Source: Candidatus Poribacteria bacterium
GTDB lineage: Bacteria; Poribacteria; WGA-4E; UBA9662
Direction of reading: 5' to 3'
DNA length: 64,000 nucleotides
NCBI GenBank assembly: GCA_036339735.1
Contig: JAYZAL010000047.1
Span: 1-64,000, forward strand
A model generated the notes under the pieces. The model was not told the DNA's origin. It was given only the letters and a program-made list of their open reading frames with translations, and searched no databases. Numbering within the stretch: position 1 is the stretch's first letter; every line of letters begins with the position of its first letter. This document shows, piece after piece, positions 28,961 to 39,086 of this stretch. The position numbers and the translations under genes were made by a program.

Positions 28961-30229
28961 ATGTACCAGTCTCGGCGAAAAATTAATTTATTCCTGATGG
29001 TTCGGCGTGCGATGCAGCAGCATGCTTTATCAAGTATCATTACCGCAATTTCGGTGGCTCTGGGTTGTGGCTTAGTACTAGCAGTCTGGCTCATAAAAAT
29101 CCAAAGTTATCAGGCATTTACCGGGGGGGCCATCGGATTTGATGCAGTTTTAGGTGCTCGTGGTAGTCAGTTGCAATTGGTTTTGAATACTGTATTTCAT
29201 CTTGAAACATCAGCCGGTAATATTCCTTGGTCTCTATATAAACAAATCAAAAATGACCCACGAGTTAAGGCTGCAGTCCCCTACGCTTTAGGAGACAACT
29301 ACTATGGCTATCGTATTGTTGGGACCTCAAATCAGCTATTCACCAATGTGGATAGCTTATCGATTCGAAAGGGCCGTCTATTCAAAGAAAATGCACCAGA
29401 GGCCGTCGTTGGTCATCTAGTAGCAAAAAAAATGGGTTTGACTGTTGGAGCAAAAATCCACCCTTACCATGGATTAAACTTTGATTTAAACGCCAAACAC
29501 GACCAGACCTATAACATTGTTGGCATTTTAGAACCCAGCAATACACCTGCTGATCGAGTGATCTGGATTCCAATTGAAGGTGTATTTCGAGTTGAAGGTC
29601 ATGTACTACGTGGCAGTGGAGAAAATTACCGAGCTCAATCCGGCCAAGTAATTCCTGATAAACATAAAGAAGTCAGCGCAGTTATGTTGAAACTGTCTAG
29701 CCCACAGGTTGGATTTTTTCTAGATCAAATGATTAACAAACAAGGCACCGTAGCTACTATCGCTTGGCCCATTGGTAAAGTGATGGCTAATTTGTTTGAT
29801 AAAATTGGGTGGATGAACCGCGTAATGGAGATGGTTGCCTATTTAGTTATGGTGGTAGCCGGATTCGCAATTTTAGCAGCCATATACAACACCATAAACG
29901 AACGACAACGAGAATTTGCTATCATGAGAGCATTGGGTGCCAGTCGAAAATTAGTGTTTTCAGTCATATTGTTTGAAGCTGGTACTATTGCCTTGATTGG
30001 AAGCTTAATCGGGTATCTGATTTATGGCTTAATTTTTGTTGTGACTACCAACATTATTCAGAACCGGGTCGGCGTGGTACTAGATCCCTTAAATTTGGAA
30101 GGACAAGCCTTAATCATCGTACTCATACTACCCCTTGTGACAACAATAATTGGTCTATTAGCAGGTCTAGTTCCAGCTTTTAAAGCTTATCAAACTGACG
30201 TCGCGACCAATCTAATTCCACGAAATTAA
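28961..30229 (+). CDS. MacB/FtsX-type ABC permease
   Basis: N-terminal TM, periplasmic domain (GARGSQLQLVLN, ALGDNY.GYRIVGT), ERQREFAIMRALGA, three C-terminal TMs. Confidence 0.9.
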   Translation: MYQSRRKINLFLMVRRAMQQHALSSIITAISVALGCGLVLAVWLIKIQSYQAFTGGAIGFDAVLGARGSQLQLVLNTVFHLETSAGNIPWSLYKQIKNDPRVKAAVPYALGDNYYGYRIVGTSNQLFTNVDSLSIRKGRLFKENAPEAVVGHLVAKKMGLTVGAKIHPYHGLNFDLNAKHDQTYNIVGILEPSNTPADRVIWIPIEGVFRVEGHVLRGSGENYRAQSGQVIPDKHKEVSAVMLKLSSPQVGFFLDQMINKQGTVATIAWPIGKVMANLFDKIGWMNRVMEMVAYLVMVVAGFAILAAIYNTINERQREFAIMRALGASRKLVFSVILFEAGTIALIGSLIGYLIYGLIFVVTTNIIQNRVGVVLDPLNLEGQALIIVLILPLVTTIIGLLAGLVPAFKAYQTDVATNLIPRN

Positions 30230-30230
30230 G

Positions 30231-33200
30231 GTGCCAAATAGTAGTTCAATGTGGCGGAGTTTACGTTATTTCTGGCCAATTAATTTGTCAGTTTTTCTAG
30301 CGATAGCCACAGCAACAGCAGTATTGACTGGCGCATTACTAGTGGGAGACTCAGTTAGAGGTAGTCTGGAGGAATTGACGTTGGATCGATTGGGTCCAAC
30401 TGAATATGCTTTAGCTGCCAATCAGTTTTTTCGTCAATCTTTGGCCAAAGAAATAGGAGAAAAAACAACCACAGAATCTCTTAACTCAATTTTACCTCTG
30501 ATTTCCATAACTGGAACTGCTGTCCAGCCTGCGAGCAAAGCTCGACGTACAAATATAAACATTTATGGATTACCTGCTGAATCAGGTCAGTTTTGGCGGA
30601 CGAATTTGTCTGAAGAAATCACAAAACGACTGAAAAAGTCTAATCAGCAAATCTTTCCCTCGGTTGTTCTTAACCAGTCGCTGCAAAAAGAACTAAACGT
30701 CAAATTAGGTGAAACTGTTGTCCTTTATTTTGAACGGCCTCCAGATATCCATCGTGAGTTCATGCTAGGTCGGCGCGATTATACTGATCTGGTACAATCA
30801 ATTCGATTAACGGTAACTTATATTGTTCCCGATCGGAACATCGGGCGATTTAGCCTGCAAAATTCTGAATACTTTCCAGCCAATGCCTATGTTGACCTAT
30901 CAGTTCTACAAAAATCAGTCGACCAAAAACAACGAGTCAACACAATCCTAGTAGCATCCTCCAAAATATCTCCTGAAGAGTGGGAAAAAAAACTGAAGTT
31001 ATCCCTTCGTTTTACAGATCTTGGTTTGACTTTTCGGACCAATGATCAAGATCTATTAATGATTGAAAGTCGAGATTTCATTTTATCTCCCAACTTAGTC
31101 AATGCAATAGAAAGTTGTGCAAGCGTACTTAATCTAAAAACGAATCCTATTCTCACTTATCTTGCCAATCGAATAACAGTTGGCGATCAAAGTATTCCTT
31201 ATTCAACTATTACGGCTATGAATTTAGATAAAGGTGGTACTAAAGGGGGGAAACCACCACTTTTTCTTAATAGTTGGGCTGCAGAAATTCTCGGTCTCAA
31301 CCAAGATGAACAAGCAGAAGTTGAAATTGAGTATTTTTTGCCTGACACTGAAAACGATTTTCAGACTGAATTTGCTCACTTTCGATTTGAAGGCCTTGTG
31401 GACATTTCAAAGCTTGATCCCGAATTGACCCCTAACTTGCCGGGTATTCAATCCGCAGATGACATATCAAATTGGGAAGTACCATTTCCAATTGACTATG
31501 AGAAAATCGGACCCAAGGATGAGGAGTATTGGGACCTTTATCAATCGACACCAAAGGCTATTATTCGGTTACAAGATGGCCAAAATCTCTGGAATAGCCG
31601 TTTTGGGAAGCTAACCTCATTGCGAATTGATGTAAACGATATGCCTTTGCTTGTAGCACAAACTAAATTAGAAGAATCAGTTTTAGAACGACTAACATTA
31701 GCTGAAGTAGGATTTCGGTTACAAAATGTTAAGCAAACTGGACTATCAGCATCCAAAGGCAGCAATGACTTTAGTGTTCTGTTTGTAAGCTTGAGTTTTT
31801 TTCTCATTTTGTCGGCCTTACTTATCATCGGCTTGTTGTTTCGATTGGGAACTGAAATGAGACGAGACGAAATCTACTTACTCCGTGCTGTCGGGTTTTC
31901 AAATCAACAGATCCAACTACGCTTGTCTAAAGAGGGGCTCATTTTAGCGATATTAGGCTCTACGCTCGGATTAGCGCTTGCCATTTGTTATGGTAGTTTG
32001 ATGATTTACGGTCTGCGGACTTGGTGGATTGGCGCCGTTGGTACGACAGCGCTTAAAGTACATATATCAATAACAAGTTTGGTAATTGGCCTTGTCCTAA
32101 GTTTAATCATGTCTCAACTAACCATCGGTTGGGTAGTAAAACGTCTATCACATGATATCCAACAGTCTAGTCATTTCTCCTTAAATAGTCGGTGGGTAAT
32201 AGGAACGGTTTGCCTCATAATTGCCATTGGAACAATCACTTACGCACTTCTTGATAAGTTTTCACCACTTTTCTTTTATATATCTGGTACCTCTCTAATG
32301 GTATCTGGTTTAGCCTATTTTTCTGGTTGGTTACACCATCGGCCAACTACTCGGTTTACTAATTATATAAGCTCGAGCATTAGGAATACAGCACGCCGTC
32401 CAGGTAGAAGCCTGTTGTGTGTAGCTTTAGTCGCTTGTGCTAGTTTTGTAATTATTGCAGTAGGAACCAACCGACAACCATCAGTTGAATCATCAGTGCC
32501 GATCAAACAAACAGGAACCGGTGGGTTTGGATATATGGCAAAAGCCGATATTCCGATATTAGTAGACCTTGAAAAATTTGATTCGATTATAACCGGGTCA
32601 GTTTTTCCTTGTTTGACTTTACCTGGGGATGATGTGAGCTGCCTCAACTTATTCCAACCACAAAAGCCTCACATCATTGGCTTCTCTTCAGAATTAATTC
32701 GACGTGGTGGGTTTCAATTTCAACAAACTATAGATCATGATTTGGATAATTCATGGAATTTATTGAACCAAGATTTGGGGCCGACAGTTGTGCCAGTGAT
32801 TGGGGATTATGAGTCGGTGAAGTGGATTTTAGGTCTGGGGATCGGTCAAAGAATATCTATGCAAGATGAATCTGGCCAGATCATCGAATTCGAATTTGTA
32901 GCTTTATTGAAGGATAGCATCTTTCAGAGTGAACTTATCGTTTCAAATGACCAGCTACGACGGCATTTCCCTCACCAATCTAGCAATCGTACTTTTTTGA
33001 TTGATTCCGTCCAAGGGGAAACTGTACAAAAGTTGGAACAAGAGTTCAGTTCATACGGATTAGATGTGACTCCAACTATTGATCGACTCAAAAGCTTTCA
33101 CACGGTCAAGCATACCTACATGTCAGTATTTCAGGTGATTGGCGGTTTAGGTCTCATGCTCGGCACTGCTGGACTCGCGATTGTTTTAGTGCGAAATACA

Positions 33201-33497
33201 ATCGAGCGGAAAAAAGAGTTGGCTATACTACAAGCTTTCGGTTTTAAAAGATCAATCTTGTCGATTATTATGCTAATCGAAAATACATTTCTGATTTTAG
33301 TTGGTTTATTTATTGGAACGATCTCCGCATTGTTGTCTGTTACCCCCCACCTATTATCACTTGGCAACTCAGTTCCGGTTATTTCTCTAGTCGGAACACT
33401 AATAATGATTGTGGTTTTTGGTATGGGAGCCAACTGGCTAGCAATCCAAATAACCACTCGATTACCACTCCTCGCAACATTAAAATCAGAATTTTAA
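30231..33497 (+). CDS. Large duplicated FtsX/MacB-type ABC permease
   Basis: Two FtsX motifs RRDEIYLLRAVGF and ERKKELAILQAFGF; VLTGALLVGDSVRGSL. Confidence 0.88.
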   Translation: MPNSSSMWRSLRYFWPINLSVFLAIATATAVLTGALLVGDSVRGSLEELTLDRLGPTEYALAANQFFRQSLAKEIGEKTTTESLNSILPLISITGTAVQPASKARRTNINIYGLPAESGQFWRTNLSEEITKRLKKSNQQIFPSVVLNQSLQKELNVKLGETVVLYFERPPDIHREFMLGRRDYTDLVQSIRLTVTYIVPDRNIGRFSLQNSEYFPANAYVDLSVLQKSVDQKQRVNTILVASSKISPEEWEKKLKLSLRFTDLGLTFRTNDQDLLMIESRDFILSPNLVNAIESCASVLNLKTNPILTYLANRITVGDQSIPYSTITAMNLDKGGTKGGKPPLFLNSWAAEILGLNQDEQAEVEIEYFLPDTENDFQTEFAHFRFEGLVDISKLDPELTPNLPGIQSADDISNWEVPFPIDYEKIGPKDEEYWDLYQSTPKAIIRLQDGQNLWNSRFGKLTSLRIDVNDMPLLVAQTKLEESVLERLTLAEVGFRLQNVKQTGLSASKGSNDFSVLFVSLSFFLILSALLIIGLLFRLGTEMRRDEIYLLRAVGFSNQQIQLRLSKEGLILAILGSTLGLALAICYGSLMIYGLRTWWIGAVGTTALKVHISITSLVIGLVLSLIMSQLTIGWVVKRLSHDIQQSSHFSLNSRWVIGTVCLIIAIGTITYALLDKFSPLFFYISGTSLMVSGLAYFSGWLHHRPTTRFTNYISSSIRNTARRPGRSLLCVALVACASFVIIAVGTNRQPSVESSVPIKQTGTGGFGYMAKADIPILVDLEKFDSIITGSVFPCLTLPGDDVSCLNLFQPQKPHIIGFSSELIRRGGFQFQQTIDHDLDNSWNLLNQDLGPTVVPVIGDYESVKWILGLGIGQRISMQDESGQIIEFEFVALLKDSIFQSELIVSNDQLRRHFPHQSSNRTFLIDSVQGETVQKLEQEFSSYGLDVTPTIDRLKSFHTVKHTYMSVFQVIGGLGLMLGTAGLAIVLVRNTIERKKELAILQAFGFKRSILSIIMLIENTFLILVGLFIGTISALLSVTPHLLSLGNSVPVISLVGTLIMIVVFGMGANWLAIQITTRLPLLATLKSEF

Positions 33498-35008
33498 TCA
33501 TCGTCAATTTTCTCACTTTTCACATGAAACCATTGAATTTGCTTCATGTTGGTTTGTGGCGGTGGAGGAAAATGATCTCCACGCTGGCTTGACAGGCCTT
33601 TATTCGGCCCAGGTAAAAATTTTTGATTAATTAGACCAACCAATTTGCCATTAACAATCCAATCTAAATCTGCACCGTAGAGTTGGCTAACCAAAATCTT
33701 AGTCAAGTGTTCCAGCTGATGACGATGAGTTGGATCGTTTGACAAGTTGAAAACTTCATTGGGATCTTTATTCAAATCAAACAGCTGTCGTTGGTTGCCT
33801 ACTGGGTAGTAAATGAGTTTATAGCGACCATCATGTACCATACGAGTGGCAAATGCATCTTCACCAACCTCTCCATAAAATGAGTCCCGTTTTTCTTTTC
33901 CAACCATTGAAAGACCTTCCACGGTTGTGGGAATACTGATACCAGCTAAATCAAGAAGTGTTGGCATTATATCGGTCCAACCAACTAATCGATGGTCGAT
34001 TTGGTGAATACCAACTCGATCATCGTCGCCTGTTCCCACTAGGATCATAGGGATATTAGCTGAATATTCGTAAAACAGACGTTTAGCCCACATACCATGA
34101 TTGCCTAGCATGTCCCCATGGTCTGAGGTGAAACAAATGATCGTGTTATCCAGTAGACTTTCCTCTCGAAGAGTACCTATCAAAACACGTAGTTGGTGAT
34201 CAATGTGTGTACAGAGTGCGTAAAAGGCTTGGCGTACCAATTGGATTTGTTCTTCTGCAGATTCTTGCTGGTAAAAATCAAAACCTCGACTGAGATTAGC
34301 CTGAATAGCAAAACAGTTCTCCTCGGTTGTCCATTGGCCAGATTGTGGCTTGTCAATCAGAAATTGTCGGTACAAGTCAAGATAAATTGGTAAAGGTACC
34401 AATGGTGGGTGCGGATGCCGGTAAGAAATGAACCAGAAACCAGGCCGGCTTGGATCACGACGTTTGATGGTTCTCGACATTTGTTGTGTAGCCCAATTAG
34501 TTGCATGGGTGTGTTCTGGCAAGTGCCAAGGTCGCCAACTATATTCGTTATTGCTCATACCGTGCCAAAATTGTTGTCCCGCATAACCTTGATCAGCTAA
34601 AAAAATTTCGTAATCATCGATCACTCCGTATTGTGTTCGTCCTTCTTCATCTAAAATTACATCGTCGAACCCTATACGGTTTCGCTGCGGATACACATGC
34701 AGTTTTCCAACAGCAGTAGCTTGATAGCCAGCCGAACGAAATGTTTCTGCCATAGTTGGGAGTTGAGGCATTGTTAAAGTCTCATCAAAAACTCGATCAC
34801 CATGCGTTCGAGGGGTTGTGCCAGTCATTAAAGTTCGACGAGCGGGAATGCATACGGGGCATTCAGAATAAGCATTAGAAAATCGAGTGCCACTTCGAGC
34901 AAGAGAATCCAGAGTTGGTGTTTGAATCACGGGGTGTCCCGCTACTCCCAGCAGTGCAGCCGGCCAGTGATCAGTACTAATTAGCAAGATGTTAGGTTTA
35001 TTTCTCAT
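33494..35008 (-). CDS. Cys-type sulfatase (choline-sulfatase/arylsulfatase-like); start reassigned to 35008
   Basis: KPNILLISTD, CIPAR (CxPxR), GKLH, PHPP, SDHGDM; ATGA overlap with upstream stop. Confidence 0.92.
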   Translation of the reverse strand: MRNKPNILLISTDHWPAALLGVAGHPVIQTPTLDSLARSGTRFSNAYSECPVCIPARRTLMTGTTPRTHGDRVFDETLTMPQLPTMAETFRSAGYQATAVGKLHVYPQRNRIGFDDVILDEEGRTQYGVIDDYEIFLADQGYAGQQFWHGMSNNEYSWRPWHLPEHTHATNWATQQMSRTIKRRDPSRPGFWFISYRHPHPPLVPLPIYLDLYRQFLIDKPQSGQWTTEENCFAIQANLSRGFDFYQQESAEEQIQLVRQAFYALCTHIDHQLRVLIGTLREESLLDNTIICFTSDHGDMLGNHGMWAKRLFYEYSANIPMILVGTGDDDRVGIHQIDHRLVGWTDIMPTLLDLAGISIPTTVEGLSMVGKEKRDSFYGEVGEDAFATRMVHDGRYKLIYYPVGNQRQLFDLNKDPNEVFNLSNDPTHRHQLEHLTKILVSQLYGADLDWIVNGKLVGLINQKFLPGPNKGLSSQRGDHFPPPPQTNMKQIQWFHVKSEKIDDD

Positions 35009-36045
35009 AGTTGACTTGAATTCATTACTGATGTGTCCCGTCTGTAACAGGCGGCCACTTGGAAAGCACAATCGACATCCTGATTAGGTTCAAATAGACC
35101 CTGAAATTGTTGCCAAGCATCTAATCGGCCATCAAGGTCAAAGCGAGAATCAGATAAGATTCTACTTCCATAATCAACTACTTCTTGCAACGCCCATTCT
35201 ATTGTGTAATAGTCCATCAAAACTGGATCGGTTTCGACGGGGCCGGATGAAGCAAAATATCCACGCAAATTGTCCTTATTAAGACCTAGGTAACTTTCAG
35301 ATCCGAAGAAATATAAATCCCGCTCTCTTGGTGCAAGAATAGCCCCGTCCCAATCGATAATATATAAATTACCCTTTTCGGAAAGTAAGACATTATCTTC
35401 ATGAATGTCGCCGTGACATAGGACGTAATCAAATTCTCTGGATCGCAAGTTAGCCCCCAATTGCGCAGCAACTTGTACTAGGCTTGTTAATTCACAACGC
35501 CTTACGTTAATAAAAGAGAGCAAATCTTTGACAATTTGGTCGGCTTGATAGATTGGGTTCCTAGGAGAAATAATTAACCGAAACTCTGACTGAAATTTTG
35601 TGAAATTTTCAATCGGTAATTCAATTTGATTGCTAATCTCACGAGTCAAGCTATGCAGGTGACCAACCATTTTACCAACTGCCTGTCTCAGCGAAGAAAC
35701 CTGTTGATTGGTTCGGTCAGACTTCATCAATGTTAATCCAGAAATGTATGGATAGACAACTAAACCAAAATTAGCTACCTTGACCACTGTTTGACCAGAT
35801 TTATCGGGCAAAGGAATCGGAATTGGTACACCTAGGCTGGCTAGTAATTTTATTAGGCTGTTGGTTAGCGAGATCTGATCTTTATCTTTCACCAAGCGAA
35901 CAAAAATATCGTTCTGTGCTTGTCCCCAGTAGCACCAAGAGCCTTCACCAACCGGAACAAAATTCAGCTGTTCTAAGCTAATACTGTAAAACTGATTAAT
36001 CTTATTTTTGATTTCCTCAGATGATACAGAGGGTTCAGTTTTCAT
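35005..36045 (-). CDS. Aminoglycoside phosphotransferase/choline kinase-like small-molecule kinase
   Basis: FVPVGEGS, VYPYISG, LCHGDIHEDNVL (Brenner motif), IIDWD, PRERDL. Confidence 0.85.
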   Translation of the reverse strand: MKTEPSVSSEEIKNKINQFYSISLEQLNFVPVGEGSWCYWGQAQNDIFVRLVKDKDQISLTNSLIKLLASLGVPIPIPLPDKSGQTVVKVANFGLVVYPYISGLTLMKSDRTNQQVSSLRQAVGKMVGHLHSLTREISNQIELPIENFTKFQSEFRLIISPRNPIYQADQIVKDLLSFINVRRCELTSLVQVAAQLGANLRSREFDYVLCHGDIHEDNVLLSEKGNLYIIDWDGAILAPRERDLYFFGSESYLGLNKDNLRGYFASSGPVETDPVLMDYYTIEWALQEVVDYGSRILSDSRFDLDGRLDAWQQFQGLFEPNQDVDCAFQVAACYRRDTSVMNSSQL

Positions 36046-36051
36046 ACTAGT

Positions 36052-36816
36052 TCAAAGATTATAAGGGTTGTTTCCGCTTAGTAATAGATTGTGTTTAAGG
36101 ATTTCACCTTCTCTGTTTTTGGTGCCCACTGGCATATAATGAATAACTATCGCTCTACGATCCCTATCAGATCCATTAGGATTAGTTTGATGTAAGGTTA
36201 AACAGTGGTGCACCATTCCAAAACCAGATTTTAGAGGAACCGAAATTCCATAATCTTCATTAACATCAACTGATAGTAATGCTGGCAAATCCTGACCGCT
36301 ATGTTTTGCACGACTGTGGTCAGATGGTTCTACTAAGTGAGAACCAGGTATAACGTTCATGCATCCATTTTCAGTATCAGCATCATCAAGGGCAAGCCAA
36401 ATACTAACCAAATTTGCAGGCTCGCACTGCCAGTAACCATTATCTTGATGCCAAGGTACTGGACCACCAATTTGTGCTGGCTTGTAAAGAGCTTGATCAT
36501 GAAACAGCTGAATATTAGGCCCAATTAGACAAGCGACAATGCTGAGTAATGGAGGATGAAACAAGAGTTGATGAAATATCTCACTCTTTTCCCACATTTC
36601 CATGATTTGTAGCATTTCTTGTTGCTTGTAATTTTCTTTTTCATCTGTAGCTGAAAGATTTCGCCACCCTTTTCCATTAGTTTGAGACCGTTTTTCAAAC
36701 ACTTTGTCGTATGCAGAGCGGAGTTCTTGGAGATGATCTTTATCAACCAATTGATGCGGGATTGCCAAGTAACCCTCCTTTTGAAATATTTGAATTTGTT
36801 GATCATTTAACTGCAA
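36052..36816 (-). CDS. PhyH-family Fe(II)/2OG dioxygenase
   Basis: FQKEGYL, WHQDNGYW, WLALDDA..ENGC..VIPGSH, HH.LTLH, RRA. Confidence 0.92.
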   Translation of the reverse strand: MQLNDQQIQIFQKEGYLAIPHQLVDKDHLQELRSAYDKVFEKRSQTNGKGWRNLSATDEKENYKQQEMLQIMEMWEKSEIFHQLLFHPPLLSIVACLIGPNIQLFHDQALYKPAQIGGPVPWHQDNGYWQCEPANLVSIWLALDDADTENGCMNVIPGSHLVEPSDHSRAKHSGQDLPALLSVDVNEDYGISVPLKSGFGMVHHCLTLHQTNPNGSDRDRRAIVIHYMPVGTKNREGEILKHNLLLSGNNPYNL

Positions 36817-36820
36817 AGTA

Positions 36821-37261
36821 TTACCCTCCGAGAATTGAAATTAGTTCCTGATCAATATCCGCAACGACCTCAAAAGACTCAACCAAAATCCTTGGTGGGC
36901 GAGCCGGGCGTTGCCGTTCAAAATCAAAATAGACAAACTCAGTTTCTGCTCGAAAAATTGGTGTGGCTTGGTGGCAGATTTGATACCGTCTCATACTTCT
37001 GGTTTTTTGAAACCCCGCAACCCAAGTCTGAATAGTTAGTGATTGGTCAACAAGTGCAGGTTTCAAATAATCTAAGCAATGCCGGCGAGCAAACCAACCC
37101 GCCTGATTCTGTTGGTAACGTTCAGGCGACCAGCCATTAGCAGTCGAATGTGCGACTGCTACTTCTTGCATCCAATGGATATAAACAGTATTGTTAGCAT
37201 GTCCATTGAAGTCTATGCAAGATGGAGGAACGCTGATAATTTGTTGATAAATTCGAATCAA
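36821..37261 (-). CDS. Acyl-CoA thioesterase (4HBT/YbgC hotdog fold)
   Basis: IDFNGHANNTVY, DYLKPA. Confidence 0.88.
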   Translation of the reverse strand: MIRIYQQIISVPPSCIDFNGHANNTVYIHWMQEVAVAHSTANGWSPERYQQNQAGWFARRHCLDYLKPALVDQSLTIQTWVAGFQKTRSMRRYQICHQATPIFRAETEFVYFDFERQRPARPPRILVESFEVVADIDQELISILGG

Positions 37262-37279
37262 CCTAATATCCTTTTCGTC

Positions 37280-37308
37280 ATTATAGTCAATTTATAATTC
37301 AATGTAAA
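37280..37308 (-). promoter_or_regulatory. sigma70 promoter of the thioesterase-phyH-kinase-sulfatase operon
   Basis: TTTACA-N17-TATAAT followed by AAGGA SD. Confidence 0.6.
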
Positions 37309-37373
37309 CGCAAGACAAGTCGCCAAGCCAATTCTGTGCTACAATTCAATTGGTGATGGTCCAAACTAGGTAG

Positions 37374-38030
37374 GTGCAGGTAGGGCATAATGTGAGAAAA
37401 ATCGAAAAAGTTGAGCGAATACAGAAAATTTTAGACGATTTATATCCTGAAACACCAAGCCCATTATCTCATGATAGCTTGTATACTTTGCTGGTCGCAG
37501 TAATGCTCTCAGCTCAAACCACAGATAAGAAAGTCAACGAAACTACGCCAACATTGTTTAGTTTAGCGACTACGCCTCAGCAAATGGCGGAGTTATCAGA
37601 AACAACTATTAAGCAGGTTATTTCCAAAATTGGGTTATCCAACACAAAAGCTAAAAATCTAAAACGACTCAGCCAAATACTGGTAGATCGACATCAAGGA
37701 AAAGTTCCAGACAACTACACTGATTTGGAGGCACTTCCGGGAGTAGGACATAAAACGGCGAGCGTTGTCATGGGTCAAGGATTTGGTTATCCTGCGTTTC
37801 CAGTCGACACGCACATTCATCGATTGGCTTATCGCTGGGGATTATCAAATGGTAAGAATGTGGAACAAACAGAGAAAGATCTTAAACGTCTTTTCCCAAA
37901 AATAAAGTGGAATAAGCTACATCTACAAATAATTTTTTTTGGTCGCGAATATTGTCCTGCCCGACAACATCAGCCAGCTCAATGCCCAATTTGTTCTTGG
38001 GCCGGAATCAAAAAAAGACTGAATTCGTAG
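37374..38030 (+). CDS. nth: Endonuclease III
   Basis: LSAQTTDKKVN, HhH LPGVGHKTA, VDTHIHR, C-terminal Cys cluster. Confidence 0.95.
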   Translation: MQVGHNVRKIEKVERIQKILDDLYPETPSPLSHDSLYTLLVAVMLSAQTTDKKVNETTPTLFSLATTPQQMAELSETTIKQVISKIGLSNTKAKNLKRLSQILVDRHQGKVPDNYTDLEALPGVGHKTASVVMGQGFGYPAFPVDTHIHRLAYRWGLSNGKNVEQTEKDLKRLFPKIKWNKLHLQIIFFGREYCPARQHQPAQCPICSWAGIKKRLNS

Positions 38031-38053
38031 TTAATAAAGAGCGTCTCCGATGC

Positions 38054-38082
38054 TTGACGCAATTGGGTTTCTTTGCTATACT
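38054..38082 (+). promoter_or_regulatory. sigma70 promoter with extended -10
   Basis: TTGACG-N17-TATACT with TG. Confidence 0.65.
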
Positions 38083-38155
38083 GAACTCGTCGATTTTTCA
38101 TATTAATAACTCTGTGGTTGTTGTCTACTGAGTAAAGCAAGGCCCCTATTTTAAA

Positions 38156-39043
38156 ATGAAATTTGAAGGTATTTACACTCCTATTATCACACCAATCGGT
38201 GATCAAGGATTGGTTGACACTGATGCTCTGAGCCGCCAGATTAACAGGCTACTGGCGCATGGGATACAAGGTTTGTATCTACTTGGCACATCTGGTGAAT
38301 TCGCATCCTTGGATAAAAATAACCGGCAGGTCGTGATTGAGACAGCCGTAGAAACAGTCAGACAAAGAGTTCCAATTATTTGCGGAGCCATGGATGCTAG
38401 TACAAGAAGGGTCATTTCTAACATTAAAATGGCTGAACGTCTTGGAGTAACTGCGGTTACTACTACTCCACCTTATTATTACCCCTCATCTGACCAGGAA
38501 CTTTTGACTTTTTATAGAGAAGTAGCTGTAAGCAGTAATTTACCAGTCGTGATGTACAATATTCCGTCTATGGTTAAAACCAATCTGAAACCGGAGTTGG
38601 TGGCCGAGATTGTTAATCAAAATCCAAACATTGTTGGCATCAAAGATAGCACCGCCGATTGGACTACTTTTCTCAAACTTCATTCATATCTAGGAAACCG
38701 GGACAACTTCTCAATCTTGATAGGATCCTACACTATGGCAGGTGCAGCCATAGTTTTTGGAGCTCAAGGTGCCGTGATTTCTATTTCTAATATAGATCCA
38801 AAAACCTCAGTTGAGTTGTATCGTGCCGCGCGGGATCGACACTTAAATAAGCTGCAAGATCTGCAGGGCAAATTGATAGATCTTGGCCGATTGTATAGTT
38901 ATGGAAACGGGATTAGCTGCCTTAAAGCATGTGCAGAAATTTTGGGCATCTGCTCGTCGCACACAACCTCTCCGATAGCTTCCGTCAGCGAAGAGGCAAA
39001 GGATGAACTGGCGGAACTATTGCGTTCGCATCAACTTTTATAG
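38156..39043 (+). CDS. DHDPS/N-acetylneuraminate lyase-family aldolase, probably catabolic rather than dapA
   Basis: TPIITP, GTSGE, PPYY, MYNIP, GIKDS (Schiff-base Lys). Confidence 0.9.
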   Translation: MKFEGIYTPIITPIGDQGLVDTDALSRQINRLLAHGIQGLYLLGTSGEFASLDKNNRQVVIETAVETVRQRVPIICGAMDASTRRVISNIKMAERLGVTAVTTTPPYYYPSSDQELLTFYREVAVSSNLPVVMYNIPSMVKTNLKPELVAEIVNQNPNIVGIKDSTADWTTFLKLHSYLGNRDNFSILIGSYTMAGAAIVFGAQGAVISISNIDPKTSVELYRAARDRHLNKLQDLQGKLIDLGRLYSYGNGISCLKACAEILGICSSHTTSPIASVSEEAKDELAELLRSHQLL

Positions 39044-39086
39044 ATGAATTGGATTGCTATAACCGGTCCACAATACACAAGCAAAA

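Noticed and set aside
35005..36045. Antibiotic resistance gene call
   Set aside because: The kinase fold alone is not enough; it sits in a metabolic operon with no mobile context
38156..39043. dapA assignment
   Set aside because: GTSGE rather than GTTGE, no lysine-pathway neighbours, and paired with a PhyH gene
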